From contig JAQGDQ010001664.1 in NCBI GenBank assembly GCA_030141605.1, positions 1-30,606 on the forward strand: DNA of 30,606 nucleotides, given 5' to 3'. The notes beneath the pieces are model-generated. The model made no database searches. It saw nothing but the letters and a program-made list of their open reading frames with translations, and was not told where the DNA came from. Positions 12,030 through 23,463 of the stretch are shown here, in pieces (the stretch's first letter is position 1; the number at the start of each line of letters is the position of its first letter). The DNA comes from Tubiluchus corallicola. Its lineage: Eukaryota > Animalia > Priapulida. Both the position numbers and the translations under genes were made by a program.

Positions 12030-13055
12030 GTAGGCAAGGAAAAATGTTTCGCACAGGAAAAATAGCACAAATGAAAAATTAGGTAAAATGGCACAGGTAA
12101 AAACAGCGCATAAAACATGTACAGGAAAAAATGGCAGAGCTAAAAACAGCACATAAAACAAGTACAGGAAAAAATGTCACGTTAAAAATGATGCAGGAAT
12201 AAATGGCACAAGACAAATGACGCAGGTAAAAATGACACAGGAAAAATAGCACAGGCAAAAATGGCACACTTAATAAAATGTGAGTGTTGGATTAGGGTTA
12301 CTGTGGGTATAATTATTTTAGTTCTTTTTACCTCTGCCAAGGAAGTTATGCTTCAACAGTTTGTTTATGTGGTTGTTTTTCGTCTGTTATAGCAGTAAGC
12401 CTTTTATGCAAACAGTTTTGAGATTTCCGCGGTATTTTGGGAAGAAGTTGGGTATAAATTGCCAAAATGGGCATTTTCTCGCCGATTCTTTTTCTGTGAA
12501 AACATGTACGAAAAACATTCGTGAAGTGCTCTGTTTGTAGAAGTACTGTTTAGTGTACTTCCTTTTCAGCATCTCCACCAGGACAAACAACTACAAGTAA
12601 GTTCCATTTTAAGAAATTTTCGCTTGGAATACTGTGTAATGCTGCCTATAATTTTTTCATTAATGCGGAATTGCGTATAAGCTGACCTGGCATTAAATAA
12701 GCATAATTATATTGTCTGCCTATTGCCATTGCTAAAATTAATGGTTAAAGGAAAGTAGATAAACAATATGTAAAATATTTTAAAATTGTTGATCATAATT
12801 CTATTTAATCAATAAAATATTTTGAGTGTTTTGCTTGCCTATATAATGTCACGTTTTTGTATGTTTGGTTGTTTTACGTTTTCTTGATCAAAACAATTAG
12901 TCGAATATATAATTTTAGGATTGTTCTGTTTTGTGAGTGATCTGCTTCTTAAAGAGCACTTTCTAGTTTTATTATAGAAATTAATTGTATCAAAATACAC
13001 ACATGCCATTTTTTCTACTTTCCGTTTAGTGCCGTTTTTCCTGTGTCATTTCTGT
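12030..13055. mobile_element. Degenerate element with AAAAATGGCACAGG subrepeats (12030-12268) and a few inverted counterparts near 13000-13055
   Basis: Multiple GG(A/T)AAAAAT(G/A)GCACA variants, with TGCCATTTTT and GTGCCGTTTTTCCTGTGTCATTT on the other side. Ends and TSD are not resolved. Confidence 0.45.
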
Positions 13056-14027
13056 CGGCAAAAAGCTAGTCTGAACGCTCGTTAACTGCCTGGCCTATAA
13101 TAGTATAGAGAGATCAGAGCACAGCTCTTAGAGAGATTAGAGTACTTTTCCTGTATTTACTACGCGGTAAGCATATTAAGAGCCTCTAAGAGAGCGATGA
13201 CGTTATAGCGCCATCTGTTGAGTGACTAACCTATTTTTACATCCTGTTGCTATTGCTGTAGGTCAATGACCCAGTTCTTGCGTCCGTTCAACACTTCAGG
13301 TGGGTGAGTTTATTATTATCAGCAGCTATTGCGGAGTGGAGAACGTTTAGAGTGAAAATTTGTAGTTCCGGATTTGAAAAATTGTCATTGGCAGACATTT
13401 TTAGTGGACGTTTACGATTGTTTTAGCAAAGTTAAAAGCACTAGCGTTCTGGAAGGACAATATTTTTGTGTACATCATCATCGTACTACGGTAAGAGTGA
13501 TTTTACATCGGAAGTTGGCTAATTTCACAGTCAAGTTCAGGGTTATAATATTAGAACTAAACTTTTAGTCACTATTATATTAATAATGCCATGGTACAGT
13601 TTGATCGCAGTACGTGATATAAAATACATTTCTGTGCTGGACATTTTAACAACACACCTACCAGTTTTTGCTAAATATTATAACGCAGCTACCATATTAA
13701 TGAGCTACATAGTTTTCCAGACGTAGCCGACTAGGTGTAAAAATAAATCAACTATATTTGTGGCATTTTTTATGTTTTCTAGTGTGTGTGTAATTACTTT
13801 GGGCCTACTTGTTTGCTTTCTAGACAAATACAAAATGTAAAAACTGTAATGGGATCATTTTTACAACAGCAGTTTAACACTTAGTTTATTAAATGCATAC
13901 TACGATAACACAGTAACACCAAATTCTGATTTATTTTTTGTTTGCAGTTTTTGCAAAATTAATTGTGCATTTTAAAAATTGCTAGCTCATGATTATCGAT
14001 AATAATTGAAGGTGATTTTTATTGCAG

Positions 14028-14204
14028 GTTTCAGTGCGTGTGAATGAGTTAAAAAGTGTGGCTTGAAAAGGATGATGTCTCATCTTCTTGACGAAAAAAC
14101 TTAAATAGGGAACCCGAAACTGAATTTGCCGTATCCATAATTTTAATTATCGTAATAATAATAATTAGTGCATAGCCGTATTTCAATAAGCTGTTGAAGT
14201 TATC
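14028..14204 (+). other. TMEM98: Probable 5' UTR part of the first TMEM98 coding exon
   Basis: Acceptor TTTTTATTGCAG ends at 14027. A candidate upstream non-coding exon donor (CAG|GTGGGT or GG|GTGAGT) lies near 13298-13304. Confidence 0.5.
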
Positions 14205-14344
14205 ATGATCGAAGCCGTGGTCGCCGTTGCCATTTCAGTACTGGCAGCCGTTTTTTTTGGCAGTTTTATAGCACTGGTGTTAGTTTGTCGTCATAAATAC
14301 TGCCGAAAAGCTGATCACATTACTAGAAATCTCCAAGAAAATAG
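14205..14344 (+). CDS. TMEM98: TMEM98 coding exon 1 (signal-anchor TM helix)
   Basis: MIEAVVAVAISVLAAVFFGSFIALVLVCRHKYCR resembles the TMEM98 N-terminus (METVVIVAIGVLATIFLASFAALVLVCRQRYCR). Donor AG|GTAAGG, phase 2. Confidence 0.95.
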
Positions 14345-14409
14345 GTAAGGAAACAATATGTTGCTTTTTCCTTTAATAGTAACTTGTAGCATTCGAGTGA
14401 TTATATTAA

Positions 14410-14957
14410 AGGAAAACTGGACGATTGTGTAAACACGAGTTCAGAATAAAGAATGCTCTAAAATATTGAAAACTACAATAGCTTTTTTAAACCAAAGCTT
14501 AGATTAAATAATAATTACCTCCGATGCTCAAATTTCGTTAAACTTTCAAAGCTACGCGCGACTCAGTGAATCTACTAAGATTAGCAACGGCGCCTTTTTG
14601 TCACGTGCGCGTGACCGTCAATTAGTAGGCGGTACTGTGATAACCACGATCACGAACTGCTGTGTTAGTTTCTGACGTCATATGACGTAGAGCCCATTTT
14701 TCGTGACATCTTGCACTTAAGCAGTACTGTAAGACTTATGCAAATGTGCTTGATGCGCAAGGGAAGACGCCTGCCATTGCACAAATTGTGGTTAGTTTCT
14801 GACGTAAGCAATAGCTGTGTTCGGTTGCCGTTAATTAACTTTCTAAGCTAATTATTCAAATATAAGAAACAGTTGTTAACTTTTATAGGCAAGAAAATGT
14901 ATATTTTGGACAGTAAATTAAAATGAGATTGAGTCTAAACCATTATCCAGTCTTCCT
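14410..14957 (+). mobile_element. Kolobok-like MITE copy 2, with an extra right-type end at 15201
   Basis: TTAA|AGGAAAACTGGACGAT ... ATTATCCAGTCTTCCT|TTAA. A second ATCGTCCGGTCTTCCT|TTAA occurs at 15186-15205. Confidence 0.88.
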
Positions 14958-15420
14958 TTAAGAAAACATTGACGAATTTTTGCGTTGCCGAATTTTGAAT
15001 TTCGACGCACGGTAAATTGGTAAAACATGTCAAAAGAAGCGCAGGACATACTCATGCGTGATGTAAGCCATTTTCCACTGCCAGCAGTTGCGATCTGCTT
15101 CATCCTGCGTGTTTACCTTAACGTTAACGAAGCTTTTGAGCACAAGAAAACCTTCCGCTTACGTAAAGCTTGAAAAGTGTAAACAATCGTCCGGTCTTCC
15201 TTTAATTATGTTAATAATTTATGTGAACACATCTTAAATTGTTTAATTATTTTGAATCTAGAACATTTATTTTCTAGTTGACAGATTTGTTAATTGAGTC
15301 AATATTATGTTGGTATAGTGCAACATTTAGTTTTGAACCAAGTAATTTAAAGGACAGCAACACACTTTTCATAAATAAAAGCTTAAAATATTTCTTTAGA
15401 ATTTTTATGCCCATTTAAAC

Positions 15421-15769
15421 GTGACAAATGACAAAATGTTTCCAGATAGTTTCATTTACCATACCACTTCAGCTATTTTCCAATGCCTCGTTGAGACTGT
15501 GCATTTAGTGACTGTAGTTTTCAGCAGCGCTGAGCCTGGTGCGTAAATTGTTGGGTGACAACCGACAAAATTGCTTCTAAGTGATTTCGTTTGCCATACC
15601 ATTTCAGCTATTTACCACTACCTCGTTGAGACTGTGCATTTAGTGACTGTAGTTTTCAGCAGCGCTGAGCCTGGTGCGTAAATGGTTGGGTGACAAGTGG
15701 CAAAATTGCTTCTAGGTGATTTCGTTTGCCATACCATTTCAGCTATTTACCACTACCTCGTTCAGACTG
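15421..15769. repeat. 135-bp tandem repeat, ~2.6 copies
   Basis: CCATACCA.TTCAGCTATTT at 15459, 15594 and 15729. Confidence 0.9.
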
Positions 15770-15930
15770 GATAATTCTGACTTGCATACCTATTTGAATG
15801 TGTGGTTGTAATAAGACACTACCGCCGTAACAACGTGTTCTCTACGACATAGGTCCCCGTCCCACTACACAAAGTAGGCTCTGCCCGGCCCGCTAACTGA
15901 TTATTTTATTCTCTTGTGATAAATTTTCAG

Positions 15931-16059
15931 ACCTGAAGTTCATCTGATTGACACGAGTCATTACTCAGATCACAGCGCCGTGGAACTCAACGAAGTGCAA
16001 CTCACACACCCACACATCGAGGAGATACTCAACGACGAGAGATGGGTCGACGACGTCAC
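15931..16059 (+). CDS. TMEM98: TMEM98 coding exon 2
   Basis: TTTTCAG acceptor. Encodes (R)PEVHLIDTSHYSDHSAVELNEVQLTHPHIEEILNDERWVDDV(T), compare NPHIEAILENEDWIED. Donor GTACGT; phase 2/2 is consistent. Confidence 0.93.
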
Positions 16060-16131
16060 GTACGTTTTTCAATTCAATAGATTTATTTCGCAATAAACAT
16101 CTACATATGCATTACATGTGCATCGATAATC

Positions 16132-17513
16132 AGTTTTGTTAATACAAAATTATGATACAATTCATGAATTCTGCGCTAGAGACCTAAGAAGCTAGCTCAT
16201 GCTACGGAGTTTTTGTTAATACAAAATTATGATACAATTCATGAATTCTGTGCCAGAGACCTGAGAAGCTAGCTCATGCTACGGAGTTTTTGTTAATACA
16301 AAATTATGATACAATTCATGAACTCTGCGCTAGAGACCTAAGAAGCTAGCTCATGCTACGGAGTTTTTGTTAATACAAAATTATGATACAATTCATGAAT
16401 TCTGCGCTAGAGACCTAAGAAGCTAGCTCATGCTACGGAGTTTTTGTTAATACAAAATTATGATACAATTCGTGAATTCTTCGCTAGAGACCTAAGAAGC
16501 TAGCTCATGCTACGGAGTTTTTGTTAATACAAAATTATGATACAATTCGTGAACTCTGCGCTAGAGACCTAAGAAGCTAGCTCATGCTACGGAGTTTTTG
16601 TTAATACAAAATTATGATACAATTCCTGAACTCTGCGCTAGAGACCTAAGAAGCTAGCTCATGCTACGGAATTTTTGTTAATACAAAATTATGATACCAT
16701 TCATGAATTCTGCGCTAGAGACCTAAGAAGCTAGCTCATGCTACGGAGTTTTTGTTAATACAAAATTATGATACAATTCATGAACTCTGCGCTAGAGACC
16801 TAAGAAGCTAGCTCATGCTACGGAGTTTTTGTTAATACAAAATTATGATACAATTCATGAATTCTGCGCCAGAGACCTAAGAAGCTAGCTCATGCCACCA
16901 AATTTTTGTTAATAAAAAATTGTGATACAATTCATGAATTCTACGCTAGAGACCTAAGAAGCTAGCTCATGCCACCGAGTTTTTGTTAATGCAAAATTAT
17001 GATACAATTCATGAATTCTGCGCCAGAGACCTAAGAAGCTAGCTCATGCTACGGAGTTTTTGTTAATACAAAATTATGATACAATTCGTGAATTCTGCGC
17101 TAGAGACCTAAGAAGCTAGCTTATGCTACGGAGTTTTTGTTAATACAAAATTATGATACAATTCATGAATTCTGCGCCAGAGACCTAAGAAGCTAGCTCA
17201 TGCCACCGAGTTTTTGTTAATACAAAATTATGATACAATTCATGAATTCTGCGCTAGAGACCTAAGAAGCTAGCTCATGCTACGGAGTTTTTGTTATTAC
17301 AAAATTATGATACAATTCACGAACTCTGCGCTAGAGACCTAAGAAGCTAGCTCATGCTACGGAGTTTTTGTTAATACAAAATTATGATACAATTCGTGAA
17401 TTCTGCGCTAGAGACCTAAGAAGCTAGCTCATGCTACGGAGTTTTTGTTAATACAAAATTATGATACAATTCATGAATTCGGCACTAGAGACCTAAGATG
17501 CTAGCTTATGCTA
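16132..17513. repeat. 77-bp minisatellite, ~18 copies, in TMEM98 intron 2
   Basis: AGTTTTTGTTAATACAAAATTATGATACAATTCATGAATTCTGCGCTAGAGACCTAAGAAGCTAGCTCATGCTACGG, period 77 (AATACAAAAT at 16141, 16218, 16295). Confidence 0.98.
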
Positions 17514-17889
17514 GGCCACTAGAATTAATTACGAGAAAAATTACAATATATTGCTAATGGTTAGTGTGAGTTAGTAGTATTAATTTTCATAATTACGATG
17601 TAAACTGATGGTCGGTACAGGGAAATGATAAATGCTTTAACACATTCGCTAAACATTTGTGGAGGAGGCAACACTTGATTAGAACATATGCAGGTGCGCA
17701 TTGCATATATATATATACGGGTGGGAAGTAATAAAAATATTATTATACTAGAGGGGAAGTTTTTGAAAATGAAAAACAACAAATGATGATTAAGTGATCA
17801 GATACATGTTTCAAGTAAGTTTAATTTATAATTTTTTTCCGCGTTCCGTAACGGAATTGGATTAAAAGCGTTAAAAAGCCCAAATTTCA

Positions 17890-18146
17890 TACCCGTTGTA
17901 TCCCGTGGGATACGAGAATATTTTCTGCCTTTGAAATTAACAAAATTTTAAAACTGACAGATATTTGATCTGTTAATAGTTATTTTGATTTAAGCCAATA
18001 ACAATAGACTAAAATGGTGACAAAATGGCAAACTAAAAAATCTACATAGCATAAAAAACTGTGCTAGGTAAAAATGGACATACTGAACAAAAGTACCAAG
18101 TCAAAAAATTTTTTCTTATTAAAAAAATAATTTGGGACTGAAAGGG
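17890..18146. mobile_element. Single piggyBac-like terminus
   Basis: GGGACTGAAAGGG|TTAA at 18134-18150 (TTAA-CCCT terminus on minus) and an internal palindrome GTATCCCGTGGGATAC. The partner end was not found. Confidence 0.45.
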
Positions 18147-18210
18147 TTAAACGATAGCAGTAATGTTATGAATCTATGGCATTTCTTTCAAATTTCGACT
18201 CCAGTGTTTT

Positions 18211-18436
18211 ATAATAATAATAATTTCGTCTAGGAATAACGTCTTAATAATCCAACACTTATTTCCAAGGTGGTCCTGATTATTATTATCCGCATGCTAG
18301 TTCAATAAAGTTGAATAATTCCACATGTTTAGTTGAAGAACTAATTTTTTAAGTCTTTGGTTGTAGCTGTGTTGGGAGTTGAACCCGCGACCTCCGCCTG
18401 CGAGGCGAGCACGTTACCACTCAGCTATGCAGTGAC
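18211..18436 (-). mobile_element. tRNA-derived SINE
   Basis: Minus strand: A box TAGCTGAGTGG, anticodon-like arm CGCCT-CGC-AGGCG, B box GGTTCAACTCC, then a non-tRNA body ACCAAAGACTTAAAAAA and an (ATT)n tail. There is no proper acceptor stem. Confidence 0.8.
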
Positions 18437-18500
18437 AATTTTCGTCGTTCTTGCTGACGCTTTGATGAGTTTTACAATATTTTTACTAAACTCTTTGCAG

Positions 18501-18710
18501 TGGTTTGATACCTCACTGTCTGGAAATTCTGAAAGTCTGCCATCACTTGACGGAGAAGCTCGTTGCCATGACGATGGGTAATTCGTCCCCGATACACAAT
18601 AACAAAAAGTTGGCGGAGATTGTGGACGCGTCGAGACGCATCATTCCACGCGTGGATGACGTAGTGCGCTCCATGTTTCCACCTTTAGATCCACGGTTAC
18701 TGGATGCAAG
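18501..18710 (+). CDS. TMEM98: TMEM98 coding exon 3
   Basis: CTTTGCAG acceptor. Encodes GLIPHCLEILKVCHHLTEKLVAMTMG...PRVDDVVRSMFPPLDPRLLDAR, the TMEM98 signature. Donor AG|GTACTA. Confidence 0.97.
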
Positions 18711-18784
18711 GTACTATATTCATGATAGCAACATTAAAGATGTAGTCAACTATATTTGTTTCAAGTCTGTGTTTGGTGTGTTAA

Positions 18785-19314
18785 AAGAAAAACCGGATGA
18801 TTGTGTAAACACGAGTTCAGACTAAAGAATGCTCTAAAATATTGAAAACTACAATAGCTTTTTTAAAATCAAAGTTTAGATTAAATAATAATTACATCTG
18901 ATACTCAAATTTCGTTAAACTTTCGAAACTACGCGTGGCTCAGTGAATCTACTAAGATTGGCAGCGGCGCCTTTTTGCACGTGGCCGACAATTAGAAGGC
19001 GGTACCGCGATAACCATCATCATGAACTGCTGTGTTAGTTTCTGACGTCATATGACATAGAACCCATTTTCGTGACATCACGCGTTTAAACAGTAACTCT
19101 TATACAAACATGCTTGACGCGCAAGGGAAGATGCCTGCCATTGCACAAACTGTGGTTAGTTTCTGATGTAGGCAATAGCTGTGTTCGGTTGCCATTAATT
19201 AACTTTCTAAGCCAATTATTCAAATATAAGAAACAATTGCTAACTTTTCTAGGCAAGAAAACGTACATTTTGGACAGTAAATTAAAATGAGATAAATAAT
19301 CGTCCGGTTTTCCT
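18785..19314 (+). mobile_element. Kolobok-like MITE copy 3
   Basis: TTAA|AAGAAAAACCGGATGAT ... ATCGTCCGGTTTTCCT|TTAA. Colinear with 14410-14957. Confidence 0.88.
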
Positions 19315-19751
19315 TTAAACGATACGTATTTGGTGATACGATAATGACCCTATACGATGGATCTTTTCCAACGATAAAATACAATCAATTATTTCGAACG
19401 ATAAAAACGAAACCAAACAGACTCCTTGAACAATAACTAATGCAAAGAAATGTTTGGTTTTGTTTTTATCGTTCGAAATAATTGATTCTATTGCAACACA
19501 CAATTTTTGCAGGTTGTTGTCCAATTAATGTGTAGATACATGTAATTTATGATAAAAGTTCTCTTCCTGTTTTGTCATAAAATAATATTAATATGAGACC
19601 AGCTGGAACGGAAGTGGTGCTGACAAGCCACTGGCGTAGCAGTGTCTAGTTTTTTTTTGCTGGATTACTGCTGCGTTTACCTGTCTGAAGGCAGATTTCT
19701 TTTAGTTTAGAATTCTGCCTGCCAAATGTCTACAATAGACGTGACGGGCGT

Positions 19752-19752
<1 letters not shown>

Positions 19753-19782
<30 letters not shown>

Positions 19783-19803
19783 GGATGATGATGATGATGA
19801 TGA
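19753..19803. repeat. (GAT)n microsatellite
   Basis: Directly visible. Confidence 0.95.
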
Positions 19804-19844
19804 GCTGCAACAGATATTCCGTATAGATCTATTATTACATAATA

Positions 19845-20714
19845 CGTGTGCTTGCAAACCAAAACCTTCCATAAGTCAGCAAGTTGGCGTAAGTCCGCAA
19901 GTTGGCATAGTTAAAACTACGTTATGATGCTTCAAAGTAGACAGCATCGAAAATTTGGTCGAGTGCCAATTTTTTGTTTTTTATAAAAACAAATGGAAAA
20001 TATATTGGATTTTTGTATTCTAGCATCAAATTATCAAAAAAAAAATGTTCAAAAAATGCTGAAAATCGTCCGTAAGTCGGCAATTAAGCTTTTCTAGTTA
20101 TTCATATATCCTGAATCTCCATTTCATGAGGATCATTTTGATACCAAGTTCATCGCTCTATGTTATTTCTAAGCTGAGATAATCTACATTGAAGTTGAGG
20201 TGCAGGCTGCACATTGAAGAACATAATCTTGAGAAAATCACTGTTAAAGTCAGCCATTGTTTTTTGTTGCGTTTTTACAAAACACTTAGCAACTGTACAA
20301 ATGTTGGTTGCTATGCACTTTACAAAAACACGTTGAACAATGAAGTTATGTTTAAATCCAGTAGACGGCTCTTCCTGACGAAGATCTGGTCTTGCCAACA
20401 GAAAAACCCGAAGTAAAATGACAGCTTCCAGGAGCTACAATCGGGGTTAAAAATACAAGTTTTTTTTTACAATTGCAGTAATAGTTTCTAGACAGAAATT
20501 ATAAGGAGTTATGAAAATTAGATTTTTAGTATTTTTTGGCATTTTCCTGATAATTTGATGCTAGAATATAAAAGTCCAATGTATTTAGCATTTATTTTTA
20601 TAGAAAACAAAAAACTGATATTTGACGAAATTTTTGGTGCATTCTACTTTGAAGCATCATAATGTAGTTTTAACTGTACTGACTTGTGGACGGCTTTGGT
20701 TTGCAAGCAACACG
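19845..20714. mobile_element. TA-flanked MITE with long (~200 bp) imperfect TIRs (Tc1/mariner-like)
   Basis: TA|CGTGTGCTTGCAAACCAAA ... TTTGGTTTGCAAGCAACACG|TA. Inner inverted matches are AGTTAAAACTAC.TTATGATGCTTCAAAGTAGA and TATTCTAGCATCAAATTATCA. Confidence 0.85.
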
Positions 20715-20810
20715 TATATTGTTAATGTTAACATCTCTAGTCTGCGTATTTATCGCTGTGGATGTCAAATCTTTTCTCATCTGCATATTTACATTCCTTC
20801 TTTCTCTCAG

Positions 20811-20931
20811 GACTCAAGCGCTGATACTCTGTGTCAACCACCTGGTGGTCGTAACGAAACACGCTTGTCACGCCCCCACCGACGTCGACTGGATCGACAA
20901 TTCTTTACAGGAAATGGACAGCCATCATCGG
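20811..20931 (+). CDS. TMEM98: TMEM98 coding exon 4
   Basis: Polypyrimidine tract plus CAG. Encodes TQALILCVNHLVVVTKHACHAPTDVDWIDNSLQEMDSHHR, compare TTALLLSVSHLVLVTRNACH...DWIDQSL. Donor GTGAGT, phase 0. Confidence 0.96.
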
Positions 20932-21008
20932 GTGAGTTAAACAAACGCGACTCTAAATGTATCTATCGGAACAAGTTTGCGAAAAAAGTTTCGTCCGAGT
21001 AATTAGTA

Positions 21009-21548
21009 CAGTAAACTCTGCGTAACTCAAAATCGCGTAACTCAAAATCACGTAACTCAAAATCACGTAACTCAAAATTGCGTAACTCAAAATCACGTAA
21101 CTCAAAACCGAGTAACTCAAAGAATTTCTGCGGAACGGATGAAATCCTTCGTTTTTTCCAGGAAAAAAACTTCTCTTAACTCAAAATTTCGCCAAACTCA
21201 AATAAAAAATTATGGTCCATTTAATCAAAATACATGTAATTTACTTCGCCTAACTCAAAAATGCGAGTTATACTCTAGAAAAATAAAAAGTTTCATACAA
21301 CTCAAAAAGAGCATCCTCTTTTGGGAAAATTCTGATGCCTCACAAGTAGCTATAATTTTTTATTCTTTATGTAATTGTCATCAAATCTCGTCGTTTATGT
21401 GTAGAAGGGTTGACTTTCTGCCTTCTATTTAGCTCCGCCATCTGGAGGAGGGATTTGGAGTTTCTCTGCTGGAAAATGGTCAACATCTCCTAACTCAAAA
21501 TATCGCCTAACTTAGTGCGGTTGGATTTGAGTTACACGGAGATTACTG
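21009..21548. mobile_element. pogo/Tigger-like MITE with 15-bp subterminal tandem repeats
   Basis: TA|CAGTAAACTCTGCGTAACTCAAA ... TTTGAGTTACACGGAGATTACTG|TA. About seven CGTAACTCAAAATC(A/G) units at 21021-21120. Confidence 0.88.
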
Positions 21549-22194
21549 TATGTGTTAGTGTCTCTGGGAGGCATTTATGACAACTTCAAAAGTCTCAGTT
21601 ATATTTTCATGTAAACCACTGATCTTTATTTCTGCAATGTTTAAAAAAATAGAAAGGCAAAGGTGACTGACATTGGCTAATTTAGTTAGATTGTTACATA
21701 GTTTAGTGCATTCATAAATATCAGTGAATAAATCAAAATAAAAATTAATAGAAGTAAACTTACATCGTTGCGGCATTTATCTAATGAAAAATTTCACTAG
21801 CTTGCACATGACACATGTTCACAGTATAAATGAAAAACGTAACTAGGTCAGTGCCCACACTTTAAACTTTCTAGCTAGATGGAGCCACCTTCGCTACAAA
21901 ATTAAAATTTATTAAGTCAGGTTCACACTGGCCTTAACAGTAGTATTCTTCGCTGTTTTGTAATGAGTAAAGTTTACTCTCTGGCTCCTGTGTCGTTCTG
22001 CTAGTGTGTAAAATTATTAAAAACTGACTGATGTTTCAATCAGTGGTACTTTCAGCCAACTAGTTCAAAAACAGTTTCTCTTCCGTACCTGAACAGTAAC
22101 TGTGATCAAGATTTAAACTCCTTTTTTGGTAGATTATCGTCAAGAAATTCCGCTGTGCTGCTACACTGGTTTACTTTACTCTAATGGTTTTCAG

Positions 22195-22293
22195 GTATTG
22201 CGAGAGGCTGCCATCACCATGGAAACGAATGCCAAGCGGGCGCTGGATCAGCAGCATCTGCTTAACAACTGTCACGAGGCTTCGCAATTGTAG
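22195..22293 (+). CDS. TMEM98: TMEM98 coding exon 5 (terminal); spliced CDS 699 nt = 232 aa + stop
   Basis: TTTTCAG acceptor. Encodes VLREAAITMETNAKRALDQQHLLNNCHEASQL*, compare VLREAA in TMEM98. All splice phases are compatible. Confidence 0.92.
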   Translation, partial: VLREAAITMETNAKRALDQQHLLNNCHEASQL

Positions 22294-22479
22294 AAGCTAC
22301 TTCGCTGAGTCCGAATTTCGATGCTAGGCTCGTTTTTTGCTCAGCAGATATTTTTTATGGCTGTTATACTTTTGTAATTTAGCCAGTGCTCATTTTTTAG
22401 TTCTAGAAGCTATGCAACCATTAATTGTCATATGATTTTAACCTTAGGATTACTAAGCTGCATGAAGTAATTAAGTTGG

Positions 22480-23113
22480 GCACTCCCTATTTTCACTCAG
22501 TATTATCGTTAATATTCAATATAATAAGTCTTTTTTCTTTAGTTCTGTCTTTATATTTGTACAGTCCAGACCACGTGAGGGTAGTACTGTTTGCTTCACA
22601 GCCCAGCGCAGTGGTATGTTTGGTGGCCATGTGCACATGTCTGAGATAAGCGGGGGTGATGCTTCAGAAAATGTTTACCCATTGCTTTAATACTGTGTAA
22701 AACGAAAGAAACATCAAATTATAAAGGTTGTAATTTGTAATTGTAGTTTTAAACAAACAAACATACGAAAGTTTATACATAAACTTGATGATAAAGTCCT
22801 AAAAAATATATTTTTTGCTTACAGCTTAAATTGTCGCAGTTCAAGTTTGATCCATTCGCGGGTAAGCGCGTGACAACTGACCATAAACTGTGTGAATGAC
22901 AGTACTTTTTCTACCAGGGCTCAGACAGGTGCACATGACCGCATGCACAGAACAGCCAAACACCACGTTGCTGGAGCCCACTGTGCTGGGCTGTGAAGCA
23001 AACGGTACTACCCTCACGTGTTCTGGTCCCGTACAAGTATAAAGAAAGAACTAAAGAAAAAAGACTCATTATATTGAATTTTATCGATACTATTGAGTGA
23101 AAACAGGGGGTGC
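22480..23113. mobile_element. Long imperfect inverted repeat (palindromic MITE-like) downstream of the TMEM98 stop
   Basis: Arm ~22480-22647 is the reverse complement of ~22920-23113, for example CACGTGAGGGTAGTAC.GTTTGCTTCACAGCCCAGC and AAAGAACTAAAGAAAAAAGAC. Confidence 0.88.
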
Positions 23114-23463
23114 TGCAGTTCCACGGTACCTATACACAAGCCGCCAGGACTTGTAAATGAACTTTACTGTTTTATTTCGTTTTGTTTTTGTCTTGTTTGT
23201 TTATTTTGAAAGGGAGGCTTTAAAAAATCAATAATTAGGACAAGACAACTCGAAAGCCTCGTGAATTTTATTACTTTTATCACTCGGTGACTTATAATGT
23301 AAGTATTATTAATCAATAACTTAAATATTTGGTTAGAATTGATTATCAGATGTAAAAACAGCTGAAAGGTGACCACGTATGCAGAACTTGGTTCTTGTAA
23401 TGACAAGCATATTTTGTAATTGTGTGATATGAAATATGGATATTGCATTCCTCATATTCTTAA

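Noticed and set aside
11930-12602. Splice-like signals (TTTTACAG|G, CTGCAG|G, CAA|GTAAGT) suggesting an extra gene
   Set aside because: No coherent reading frame links them, so they cannot be supported without transcript data.
16132-17513. CRISPR-like appearance of the regular arrays (also 755-1113 and 2000-2611)
   Set aside because: The units are contiguous with no unique spacers, there are no cas genes, and the context is eukaryotic and intronic.
18365-18436. tRNA-Ala(CGC) gene
   Set aside because: The acceptor stem does not pair and the sequence continues into a SINE-type body and tail.
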